DNA of 41,926 nt, taken from the NCBI GenBank assembly GCA_046735395.1, contig JBJKQR010000043.1:1-41926 (forward strand), read 5' to 3'. The position numbers and the translations under genes are program-made. Position 1 is the first letter of the stretch. Each line of letters opens with the position of its first letter. This DNA is from Fidelibacterota bacterium (lineage in GTDB: Bacteria; Fidelibacterota; Fidelibacteria; Fidelibacterales; DSDE01). This document shows, piece after piece, positions 1 through 8,488 of the stretch. The notes below the pieces were generated by a model. It saw nothing but the letters and a program-made list of their open reading frames with translations, was not told the DNA's origin and made no database searches.

Positions 1-720
1 AACAGGGTCGCAGTGCAGCCGTTAAGAATCTATTCGGCCTGGCTTTGCAGGCATCGAGAGATTCAGGCGGAACGGAGACCCTGTCCCTGTTTTTCTTCAG
101 CTCCCCTGTCGCGTCGTAGACCGCCAAGGTGCGGACGAAGACGGATGGATTCTTTTTGTTTCTTTTTCTGATCAAGCAGAAAAAGAAAGAGGGAATTAAT
201 ATTGATGGAGCGTTCATGAGGAAGCAAGTTGGTGAATTGGCGTGTTGATACGTTTTATAGGGCGGTAAACTGTTACAAGACTTAGGTTGAGGTTGAGGCT
301 AAGGTTAAGGAAAAAACGAGAAACTGCCCTGTTATGAAAAGCCTGCAATCCCGGGAACATTAACTTGTATTCTTGAACGGCTGTTTCAGGAGCCGGGAAC
401 CGGCGACGCAAGCTTCAAACTTCCGGCTTCCAGCTTGCCGCGTCGAAGTGCTCCGAAGCCGCTGCCGGCGGCGAAGGAGTACGAAGACGGGCTTGCCGCG
501 TCGTAGCTGAGCGGAGCGAAATGTAGACGGGTAAATGAGTAGATGAGTATATGTGAAAGAAACGAGGAACTGTCCTGCTATGGAATTTCGCAGCACCATC
601 TTGAGGCCTACTCGCTACTCGTTACTCGATACTCGTTACTGTCGAAGCGAAACGAAGACGGGTTACTCGATACTCGTTACTCGCTACTGGCGTAGCGAAG
701 CGCAGCCAAAATTCTCCGGA
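1..720. repeat. Mosaic non-coding repeat locus 1 (anchor motif, 6/7/8-mer tandem tracts, REP-like hairpins)
   Basis: AAACGAG anchors at 314 and 560; GGTTGA/GGCTAA/GGTTAA hexamers about 285-310; nTACTCG heptamers 608-640 and 663-688; CGTC-GWA...GAA-GACG hairpins at 112-143, 441-489, 499-529 and 640-660; 371-436 is identical to 41726-41791. Confidence 0.85.
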
Positions 721-973
721 ACAATTTCGCCGAAAACTGCGTCTATCATACAGAATTGCCACCGTAACAGGAGATTCGAAAATGAGAAGAACACCCGCTG
801 TCAGACCTCTGCTTCATTCCTTTCGCAGGCCTCATATTTCCTTGCCCGAGACGGAATTTACAGCGAAAGCAATTCTTTATTTTTTCAGAGGAACTCCTTA
901 TATTAGAACATTAAAAAATGGATAATTATGCAAGCTAAGCGACAATGCATTTCTTAAACAGAATGGAGGAAAA

Positions 974-2281
974 ATGTCTAAGTTGAAGGCAAAACTCCTG
1001 GAAAAGATCCAGGAGCACCGGCCGCGCACCACGAAGCTGCTCAAGGAATACGCGGATGTGAAAATCGGCGAAGTTACCATTGGCCAGGCTATCGGTGGCG
1101 CACGGGGTGTCAAATCTTTAGTCACGGATATTTCGTATCTGGACCCGATGGAAGGTATTCGCTTCCGGGGAATGACCATTCCCGAAACCATGGCCGCCCT
1201 CCCCAGACCGGATGGCAAGGATTATCCTTACGTGGAAGGCTTCTGGTGGCTGCTGCTCACCGGCGAGGTGCCCACCAAGGAACAGGCCAGGGAAGTTGTG
1301 GAGGATTTCAAGAAACGCGCAGAAGTTCCCCAGTATGTCTTTGACATCCTGCGTGCCATGCCCAGAGATTCCCACCCCATGGTCATGTTCTCCACAGCCG
1401 TTCTCGCCATGCAGCGCGAAAGCAAGTTCTCGAAATATTATTTCAGCGGAAAATTCAATAAGATGGATGCCTGGGATCCCATGTTTGAGGATGCGACGGA
1501 CATTCTGGCCCGCATTCCCCGCATCGCGGCCTACATCTATCGCATGAAGTTCAAATCCGACACCCATATTTCTCCCTGCTCCGATCTGGACATGGGTGGA
1601 AATTTTGCCAGGATGATGGGACTTCCCGAACCCTATGACGATGTGGCAAGAATGTATTTCATTCTTCACTCCGATCATGAATCCGGAAATGTGTCCGCTC
1701 ATACCACACATCTGGTCGCTTCAGCTCTCTCCGATGCCTATTATGCACTGTCTGCAGGCCTGAACGGCCTGGCCGGCCCGCTTCACGGCCTGGCCAATGA
1801 AGAAGTTCTGCGCTGGCTGCAGGGTGTGATGGAAAAGCTGGAAGGCCAGGATCCCACTCCGGAAAAACTGAAAAAGTTCGTGGAAGACACGCTGAATTCC
1901 GGTCAGGTTATTCCAGGCTACGGCCATGCGGTTCTGCGCAAGACCGATCCCCGCTACGCGTCTCAGCGTGAATTCTGTCTCAAGCATCTGCCCGATTATC
2001 CGCTGTTCAAATACGTCAGCACTCTCTACGAAGTCGTTCCGGACATCCTTCTCGCTCATGGTAAAGCCAAGAACCCGTGGCCGAATGTGGATGCTCAGAG
2101 CGGTGTCATTCAATGGTACTATGGTCTCACCGAGTACGAATTCTATACTGTCCTCTTCGGCATCGGCCGCGCCATCGGTGTTCTGGCCAACGTGGTCTGG
2201 GACCGCGCCCTGGGTTACCCCATCGAACGTCCCAAATCCCTGACGACAGCAATGCTGGAAGAACTGGCCAAAAAAGGCTGA
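974..2281 (+). CDS. gltA: Citrate (Si)-synthase, eukaryote-like (Geobacter-type)
   Basis: Motifs GIRFRG, HSDHESGNVSAH, GLAGPLHGLAN, IPGYGHAVLRKTDPRY, NPWPNVDAQSG, ERPKS; RBS GGAGG. Confidence 0.96.
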   Translation: MSKLKAKLLEKIQEHRPRTTKLLKEYADVKIGEVTIGQAIGGARGVKSLVTDISYLDPMEGIRFRGMTIPETMAALPRPDGKDYPYVEGFWWLLLTGEVPTKEQAREVVEDFKKRAEVPQYVFDILRAMPRDSHPMVMFSTAVLAMQRESKFSKYYFSGKFNKMDAWDPMFEDATDILARIPRIAAYIYRMKFKSDTHISPCSDLDMGGNFARMMGLPEPYDDVARMYFILHSDHESGNVSAHTTHLVASALSDAYYALSAGLNGLAGPLHGLANEEVLRWLQGVMEKLEGQDPTPEKLKKFVEDTLNSGQVIPGYGHAVLRKTDPRYASQREFCLKHLPDYPLFKYVSTLYEVVPDILLAHGKAKNPWPNVDAQSGVIQWYYGLTEYEFYTVLFGIGRAIGVLANVVWDRALGYPIERPKSLTTAMLEELAKKG

Positions 2282-2302
2282 GCCATTCCGGCTGGCATAA
2301 GT

Positions 2303-2330
2303 AAAAAGAGGGTGGAAACGCCCTCTTTTT
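2303..2330 (+). terminator. Intrinsic terminator after citrate synthase
   Basis: AAAAAGAGGGTG-GAAA-CGCCCTCTTTTT hairpin with T tract. Confidence 0.8.
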
Positions 2331-2384
2331 ATATTTACCCCATTTTTTCCGATGGCGGACGCCCGCAGTCCCACTTTTTCATCC

Positions 2385-2413
2385 TTGCATTCAGGGCGGG
2401 ATGAATGTAAAAT
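2385..2413 (+). promoter_or_regulatory. Sigma70-like promoter, probably giving a leaderless mRNA
   Basis: TTGCAT (2385-2390), 17 nt spacer, TAAAAT (2408-2413), then 7 nt to ATG at 2421. Confidence 0.65.
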
Positions 2414-2420
2414 CGAAACC

Positions 2421-4052
2421 ATGAATAATGCGGCGTCTCACTATGATGTGGTCATCATCGGCAGCGGCTTCGGCGGATCGGTTTCCGCCCTCAGGCTGTC
2501 TGAAAAAGGCTATCGCGTCCTGGTCATTGAAAAAGGCCGGCGCTATCGGCCTTCGGATTTTCCAAGAACAAATCTGAATCTGCGAAAATTCCTCTGGATG
2601 CCCGTCATCGGTCTATACGGTATCCAATGTCTCACCCTGCTGAAACATGTTTTTGTATTGCACGGCGCCGGTGTGGGCGGCGGGTCCCTGGTATACGCCA
2701 ATAATCTTCTCATTCCGCCGGAGGACGTTCTCACCCATCCCGGATGGGGACATTCGGACTGGAAGGAAACCATCCTGCCCTATTACGACCGGGCCCGGAA
2801 AATGCTGGGGGCAACTCCCTCTCCGGGAATCGGAAAAGCGGATGAGGCGCTTCGGGATATCGGTGTGGAAATGACCGGCCGGGATACCTTTCACATCAAT
2901 GACGTGGGAATTTATTTCAATGATACGCCCGGATCCGCTGCACCGGACCCCTATTTCGATGGGAAGGGCCCCCGGAGGAAAAGCTGCACCTTCTGCGGAG
3001 CCTGCATGATCGGTTGCCCCAATGATGCAAAAAATACGCTTGATAAAAATTATCTCTGGCTGGCGGAACAGAAAGGGGCTGAGATTCTGCCGGAACATAT
3101 CGTGACCCGCGTGAATCCCGGCACTCATGGCGGCTATGAAATTTTTGCCCGGAAAAGCACCGGGTTTCGCCACACGAACCGGCATTTCACCGCCGACCGG
3201 GTGATTTTCAGCGGCGGTGTCATGGGCAGTATCCGCCTTCTGCAGAAATGCCGGCAAAAAGGCTGGCTTCCCCATCTGTCAGCTGCACTCGGTAACGGTA
3301 TCCGCACGAATTCGGAAGCCCTGGTCACCGTGAAAGCCGATGACCGCCACGCCGACTATTCGGATCAGATCGCCATCACCTCGGGAATCTATCCGGATGA
3401 TCAGACTCATATTGAAGTTGTCCGCTACAACAGAGGATCCGACATCATGGGGACTCTGGTCACCCTGCTCACCGATGACCATACCCGCCTTCCCCGGCCG
3501 CTGGTCTTCATCGGCAACATCCTGCGCCATCCGCTCAAATTTCTGAACGCGCTCAATCCCCTCGGCTGGGGCGCCCGAACCAGCATTCTGCTGGTCATGC
3601 AGACGGCCGACAACCAGATCCGCTTTCGGCGCCGCCGGCGCTGGTGGCGGCTCGGCGCCCGGTCCATGAATTCCGAACTCGCACCCGGCCAGCTCCGCAC
3701 GCCCTCCTATATCCCCGTCGCCAATGAAACGGCCCGGCGTCTGGCTGAAAAAATCGGCGGAACGGCTCAGAGCGCCTGGACGGAAGTTCTCTTTGATGTG
3801 TCTTCCACCGCCCACATCCTCGGCGGCGCAGCCATGGGTGAGTCCCCCCGGGACAGCGTCTGCAACCGCAAGGGAGAAATCCATAATTATCCGGGCCTAT
3901 ACGTTATTGACGGCTCCAATATCCCCGTGAATCTCGGTGTGAATCCATCCCTGACCATTACCGCTCTCGCAGAATATATCTGTGATCACATAGTACCTGC
4001 CCCCGGCACCAACTCTAACCCGGAGACAAACCATGACCCGTCCGCATCCTGA
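2421..4052 (+). CDS. GMC-family FAD oxidoreductase, ChoD/cholesterol oxidase-like
   Basis: DVVIIGSGFGGSVSALRL Rossmann motif, GAGVGGGSLVYAN, CTFCGACMIGCP, TAHILGGA, VNPSLTITALAE; start moved to 2421 because of the promoter. Confidence 0.88.
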   Translation: MNNAASHYDVVIIGSGFGGSVSALRLSEKGYRVLVIEKGRRYRPSDFPRTNLNLRKFLWMPVIGLYGIQCLTLLKHVFVLHGAGVGGGSLVYANNLLIPPEDVLTHPGWGHSDWKETILPYYDRARKMLGATPSPGIGKADEALRDIGVEMTGRDTFHINDVGIYFNDTPGSAAPDPYFDGKGPRRKSCTFCGACMIGCPNDAKNTLDKNYLWLAEQKGAEILPEHIVTRVNPGTHGGYEIFARKSTGFRHTNRHFTADRVIFSGGVMGSIRLLQKCRQKGWLPHLSAALGNGIRTNSEALVTVKADDRHADYSDQIAITSGIYPDDQTHIEVVRYNRGSDIMGTLVTLLTDDHTRLPRPLVFIGNILRHPLKFLNALNPLGWGARTSILLVMQTADNQIRFRRRRRWWRLGARSMNSELAPGQLRTPSYIPVANETARRLAEKIGGTAQSAWTEVLFDVSSTAHILGGAAMGESPRDSVCNRKGEIHNYPGLYVIDGSNIPVNLGVNPSLTITALAEYICDHIVPAPGTNSNPETNHDPSAS

Positions 4053-5418
4053 TGAAATAAAAGCACTGTTCAAGAGCCAGAAAGACTATTTTTCCGCAGG
4101 AAACCTGCGAGACCTGTCCCGGCGCCTGAATACCCTGCGAAGGCTCCGACGCTGGATAAAGGAACATGAGAAGGAGATTGCGGCCGCGCTGTACTCCGAC
4201 CTGGGCAAAAGCAGCAAGGAAGCCTATATCACCGAAATCGGACTGGTTCTCAATGAACTCCGAGTGCATCTGCGCCACGCCCGGTCCTGGTCGCGGGGAC
4301 GCAGAATTCTGCCCGCGCTTAATAATTTCCCGGCCCGGTCGCGGATTCATCCCGAACCCTATGGAGCCATTCTCAGTATTTCCCCGTGGAATTATCCCTT
4401 TCTCCTTTCTGTCCAGCCCCTCGTGGGAATGATTTCCGCCGGGAATACCGCCATCCTCAAACCCAGCGAACTGGCCCCGGCCACGTCCCGGCTCATCGCG
4501 GACATGATCCGCAACATCTTTGATCCCGGACATGTGGCGGTTATAGAAGGCGGAAAAGAGGAAGCCGAAGCGCTCCTGCGCCTTCCCTTCGACACTATTT
4601 TCTATACCGGATCCGCCTCGGTTGCCCGTCTCGTCATGAAAGCGGCTGCCGAACATCTGACGCCTGTCACGCTGGAGCTGGGCGGAAAATCCCCGGTCAT
4701 CGTCCACCGGGACGCCAATCTCCGCAGCGCCGCGCGCCGCATCGCCTGGGGCAAGACGCTCAATGCCGGACAGACCTGCGTCGCCCCGGATTATGTCTTC
4801 GTTCATGAAGATATCCGGGAGAAGCTTATTTCTGAAATTCAGAAATCCATCCATGAATTTTACGGCCCGGATCTACAGGCTTCGCCCTATGCCCGCATCA
4901 TCAATGACGGACATTTCACCCGGCTTTCCGACTTTCTCAGGAATGCCTCTGTCCTCAGCGGCGGGAAATCCGACGCGGCAACCCGCTATATCGAGCCGAC
5001 CCTCATCGACAATCCGGATCCGGACTCTCCCATCATGCAGGAGGAGATCTTCGGCCCTCTCCTGCCTATTCTCAGCTATCAGGATCCGGAGGACGTCATC
5101 CGCTTCGTCAACAGCCGCCCCAAGCCCCTGGCGCTCTATCTCTTCACTTCGTCCCGGAAATTGTGGAAACATGTCAACGCCTCCACCAGCAGCGGCGCCT
5201 TCACCGTCAATGACACCATCATGCACCTGGGCAACCACCGTCTGCCCTTCGGCGGTGTGGGCGGCAGCGGAATGGGCGCCTACCACGGCAGGCACAGCTT
5301 CTTCACCTTCAGTCATTCAAAAGCGGTCATGATCAACAGCAGATTTCCGGATATCCCCGTCCGCTACGCCCCTGTTTCCCGCTTCAGGGAAGCCCTTCTT
5401 CGCTTTTTCCTGAGATAG
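4033..5418 (+). CDS. Aldehyde dehydrogenase (ALDH3/YwdH-like)
   Basis: ISPWNYP, KPSE, FYTGS, TLELGGKSP (catalytic Glu), NAGQTCVAPD (catalytic Cys), EEIFGPLLP; overlaps the upstream stop. Confidence 0.93.
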   Translation: MTRPHPDEIKALFKSQKDYFSAGNLRDLSRRLNTLRRLRRWIKEHEKEIAAALYSDLGKSSKEAYITEIGLVLNELRVHLRHARSWSRGRRILPALNNFPARSRIHPEPYGAILSISPWNYPFLLSVQPLVGMISAGNTAILKPSELAPATSRLIADMIRNIFDPGHVAVIEGGKEEAEALLRLPFDTIFYTGSASVARLVMKAAAEHLTPVTLELGGKSPVIVHRDANLRSAARRIAWGKTLNAGQTCVAPDYVFVHEDIREKLISEIQKSIHEFYGPDLQASPYARIINDGHFTRLSDFLRNASVLSGGKSDAATRYIEPTLIDNPDPDSPIMQEEIFGPLLPILSYQDPEDVIRFVNSRPKPLALYLFTSSRKLWKHVNASTSSGAFTVNDTIMHLGNHRLPFGGVGGSGMGAYHGRHSFFTFSHSKAVMINSRFPDIPVRYAPVSRFREALLRFFLR

Positions 5419-5606
5419 AAGTTTCGGTGCCAACCCCGATAGTTCAACCAAACTTCGGGTAAGATTATCAAAATACTATTTGACTTTTGTACGATTTTTG
5501 GTCAAATTTTCATGTTATGAGTGTTTCGAAACAAAGAAAAAAAAGGATCTGATGAGTCGAACGAACCGGATTTCCTGTCACTCTAATCAGTCACTAAGAA
5601 AAATTC

Positions 5607-5640
5607 AAAACTGCACCCCAAAACGGTGCAGTTTTTTTAT
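5607..5640 (+). terminator. Intrinsic terminator-like hairpin
   Basis: AAAACTGCACC-CCAAAAC-GGTGCAGTTTTTTT. Confidence 0.7.
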
Positions 5641-5665
5641 ATGTAAAATAAAACAGGGGTGAAAT

Positions 5666-6373
5666 ATGATAAAAGTACTCGAAGACCTTATTCAGTTACA
5701 ATCCATCGACGATCAGCTTGCAGACATTCAGAGAAAAATGGGAGACCTGCCCGAAATCGTGAATACGCTGAAAGTCGACATTGAGAATGAGGAAAACCTG
5801 ATTAAGGAACACGAGGAAACCACGACGAAGAATCAATCCATGATTCACCAGTACAATGGCAAGATCACGGACTACAGGGCCAAGCTGGAAAAATTTCAGG
5901 AACAGCTTTATCTGGTGACCACAAACCGGGAATATGACGCACTCACGGCTGAGATTGATTATGCGAAAAATGAGATTTCCACCTCTGAGGAAGCCATCCT
6001 CAATGCGGAAGAACTTATTGAAAGCCTGGAAGAAAAGGTTAAAATCAGCGAGAGTAACATCACTGACCTGAAGGCCAAACTGGAAGATGCGGAGAAACAT
6101 CTGGCAGAAACCGTGGAAGCGACTCAGAAAGGCAAGCAGGAACTGGATTCCAAACGGGATGACATCAACAAGGACATCCCCAAGAAATATCTGGCCAATT
6201 ACGACCGGATCCGCAAGGCCAGGAAGGGTGTGGCGGTGGTTCCCATGCAGCGGGAAGCCTGCAGCGGCTGCCATAACCGCATCATTCCCCAGAAAAGAGT
6301 GGAAATCCAGAAGGGAAACAAAATAATCTTTTGTGATGTTTGCGGCAGATTTATATATTTTGCTAATGAATGA
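5666..6373 (+). CDS. Coiled-coil protein with C4-type zinc ribbon (COG1579/DUF164-like)
   Basis: Long coiled coil, TNREYDAL, CSGC...CDVCGRFIY; typical position upstream of rnpB. Confidence 0.9.
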   Translation: MIKVLEDLIQLQSIDDQLADIQRKMGDLPEIVNTLKVDIENEENLIKEHEETTTKNQSMIHQYNGKITDYRAKLEKFQEQLYLVTTNREYDALTAEIDYAKNEISTSEEAILNAEELIESLEEKVKISESNITDLKAKLEDAEKHLAETVEATQKGKQELDSKRDDINKDIPKKYLANYDRIRKARKGVAVVPMQREACSGCHNRIIPQKRVEIQKGNKIIFCDVCGRFIYFANE

Positions 6374-6396
6374 AGATTTTTGAAAAATAGGATATC

Positions 6397-6750
6397 GCCA
6401 GAGCTTGAAAGATGATCGCTCTGTCCATGAGGGCAGGGAGGAAAGTCCGGACTCCGCAGAGCAGGAAGCCCCGTAACACAGGGAATTAGCAATAATTGGA
6501 AAGTGCCGCAGAGAATAGACTATCCGCCTTATGACGGATACAGGTGAAAAGGCAGGGTAAAAGCCTGCCGCCCCGATGGCAACACCGGGGGCAGGGTAAA
6601 CCCCTTCCGGAGCAATACAAATATAAAAACGATTATTTTGCTCGAATATGTTTTTATGGTAGTAGCTAGAATCCATCCGTAAGGATGTATCCAGATAAAT
6701 GATCATCATTCCTTCGGGAAAACAGAATTCGGCTTATTGAGAGCTCTGGC
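6397..6750 (+). ncRNA. rnpB: RNase P RNA, bacterial type A
   Basis: GAGGAAAGTCCGGACTCC, GGAAAGTGCCGCAGA, GGGTAAACCCC...GGAGCAA, AACAGAATTCGGCTTA; P1 pairing GCCAGAGCT/AGCTCTGGC. Confidence 0.96.
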
Positions 6751-6767
6751 AATTTTTTATTATAATT

Positions 6768-8468
6768 ATGCGCTGGTTATACCAAGACATCGACGCGGAC
6801 CAGGTCCTCGAGCACAGTGAACGATTGGGTTTGCCTTATCTGCACAGCCTGATCCTTCTCTCCCGAGGCCTCGACTCCCGAAAAGCCATTGACGAGTTTT
6901 TCAAACCGGAAAGCATCCCCTTTCACGATCCTTTTCTGCTCCGGGACATGGACCGGGCGGTCCGTCGCATTGAAGAAGCCATCAGCGCTCAGGAAAAAGT
7001 CCTGATTTATGGAGACTATGATGTGGATGGCATTACCTCCGCATCGACCCTCTACCTCTTTTTTCGGCGTTATCTGAACACTCTGCTCTATTATATTCCC
7101 GACCGGGAAAAGGATGGCTACGGCCTGTCCGAAAAAGGCATCGAATTTGCCCGTCAGGAAGGCATAAGCCTGATCATCACCTGCGATTGCGGCATCACAT
7201 CCTTTGATGAAATCAGGCTGGCCAACAGCTTCGGTATTGATACGGTTGTCACGGACCATCACAAACCGTCCGCAGAGCTTCCTGCCGCAGCAGCTGTCGT
7301 CAATCCGAAACGGGAGGATGACAATTACCCCTTCACTGATCTCTGCGGTGCCGGCGTCGTCCTGAAAATCATCCAGGCCTTTCTCGTCAGCCGGGGCCAG
7401 GACATATCGGAGGCCAACGAATTTCTCGATCTCATTGCCATGGGTACGGCAGCCGATATGGTTTCCATTACCGGCGAAAACCGGCAGATTGTCGCCATGG
7501 GCCTGAAGCGCATCAATATGCATCAGCGCACCGGCCTCAACGAACTGATCAAGATCTCCAAGCTTCATAACAAGACCATCAGCGTCACCGAAATCGTTTT
7601 TATCCTCGCGCCGCGGCTCAACGCGGTCGGACGTCTCGGCGAGGCCGAGCGGGCGGTGAAACTGCTCACCACCGATGATATCGCCGTCGCCCGTGAATAC
7701 AGCGCCATTCTCGATGAGGAAAACAACCGGCGCCGCGATATCGAAAAAGATGTGATGGAAGAAGCCATCAAGCACATCGGTTATAAATATTCCGGAAATA
7801 TCCCCAAGGTCATCGTTCTCGCTGATGACAAATGGCACAGCGGCGTCATCGGAATCGTCTGCAGCAAACTCAAGGAATTGTACAACCGCCCCATCATCCT
7901 TATCACCATTACCGACGGCATGGGAAAAGGTTCCGGACGCTCCGTCACCGGTTTCGACCTCTACGAGGCCCTGAATCGAAACAGCGAATATCTGGATAAT
8001 TTCGGCGGGCATATCATGGCTGCCGGCCTGACCATCCGTGAAGAAAACATCAATGAATTCGAAGAAAGTCTTAATATATATTCAGACAGCCTGCTCAGTG
8101 ATGACATGCTGGAGCCCAAGATCCGTATTGAAACGGAAGTTGACATCGAGGCCGTGGACCGCTCTCTGATCGATCTGCTGCAGCATATGCAGCCCTTCGG
8201 CCCCGGAAACATGAGACCCAAATTTTCTCTCAGTGGCCTGAAAGCTTCTGCCGCCCGCATCCTCGGTACCAATCATCTTAAATTCAGAGTATCCGGACAT
8301 TCCGTCACCCTTGACTGCATTGCCTGGAACCTTGCTGAAAAGTATGATCTGGTCACGTCACCCAATATACTGGTGGATATTGCCTTCGTTCCCCAGCTCA
8401 ACCGCTGGAACGGCATGGAATCCATACAGCTCGTGATCAAGGATATCCGAAAGCATTCGGAAAGCTAA
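6768..8468 (+). CDS. recJ: Single-stranded-DNA-specific exonuclease RecJ
   Basis: IYGDYDVDG, ITCDCG, TDHH, GTAADMV, PRLNAVGRL, GSGRS, FGGHIMAAG, PFGPGN. Confidence 0.96.
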   Translation: MRWLYQDIDADQVLEHSERLGLPYLHSLILLSRGLDSRKAIDEFFKPESIPFHDPFLLRDMDRAVRRIEEAISAQEKVLIYGDYDVDGITSASTLYLFFRRYLNTLLYYIPDREKDGYGLSEKGIEFARQEGISLIITCDCGITSFDEIRLANSFGIDTVVTDHHKPSAELPAAAAVVNPKREDDNYPFTDLCGAGVVLKIIQAFLVSRGQDISEANEFLDLIAMGTAADMVSITGENRQIVAMGLKRINMHQRTGLNELIKISKLHNKTISVTEIVFILAPRLNAVGRLGEAERAVKLLTTDDIAVAREYSAILDEENNRRRDIEKDVMEEAIKHIGYKYSGNIPKVIVLADDKWHSGVIGIVCSKLKELYNRPIILITITDGMGKGSGRSVTGFDLYEALNRNSEYLDNFGGHIMAAGLTIREENINEFEESLNIYSDSLLSDDMLEPKIRIETEVDIEAVDRSLIDLLQHMQPFGPGNMRPKFSLSGLKASAARILGTNHLKFRVSGHSVTLDCIAWNLAEKYDLVTSPNILVDIAFVPQLNRWNGMESIQLVIKDIRKHSES

Positions 8469-8488
8469 TTAAAACAGGAAGGTCGCGT

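Noticed and set aside
60..720. CRISPR array interpretation of the anchor repeats
   Set aside because: Repeats are degenerate, the period is about 230 nt, intervening segments recur between loci, and no cas genes are present
214..906. ORFs 214-411, 360-599 and 553-906
   Set aside because: Low-complexity translations of hexamer and heptamer repeats; similar peptides appear at 33022-33339 and 41413-41652 only because the DNA repeats recur
5549..5590. Hammerhead-like CTGATGAG...CGAA...GTC
   Set aside because: GAAA core reads GAAC, stem II is at most one pair, and no stem I pairing was found
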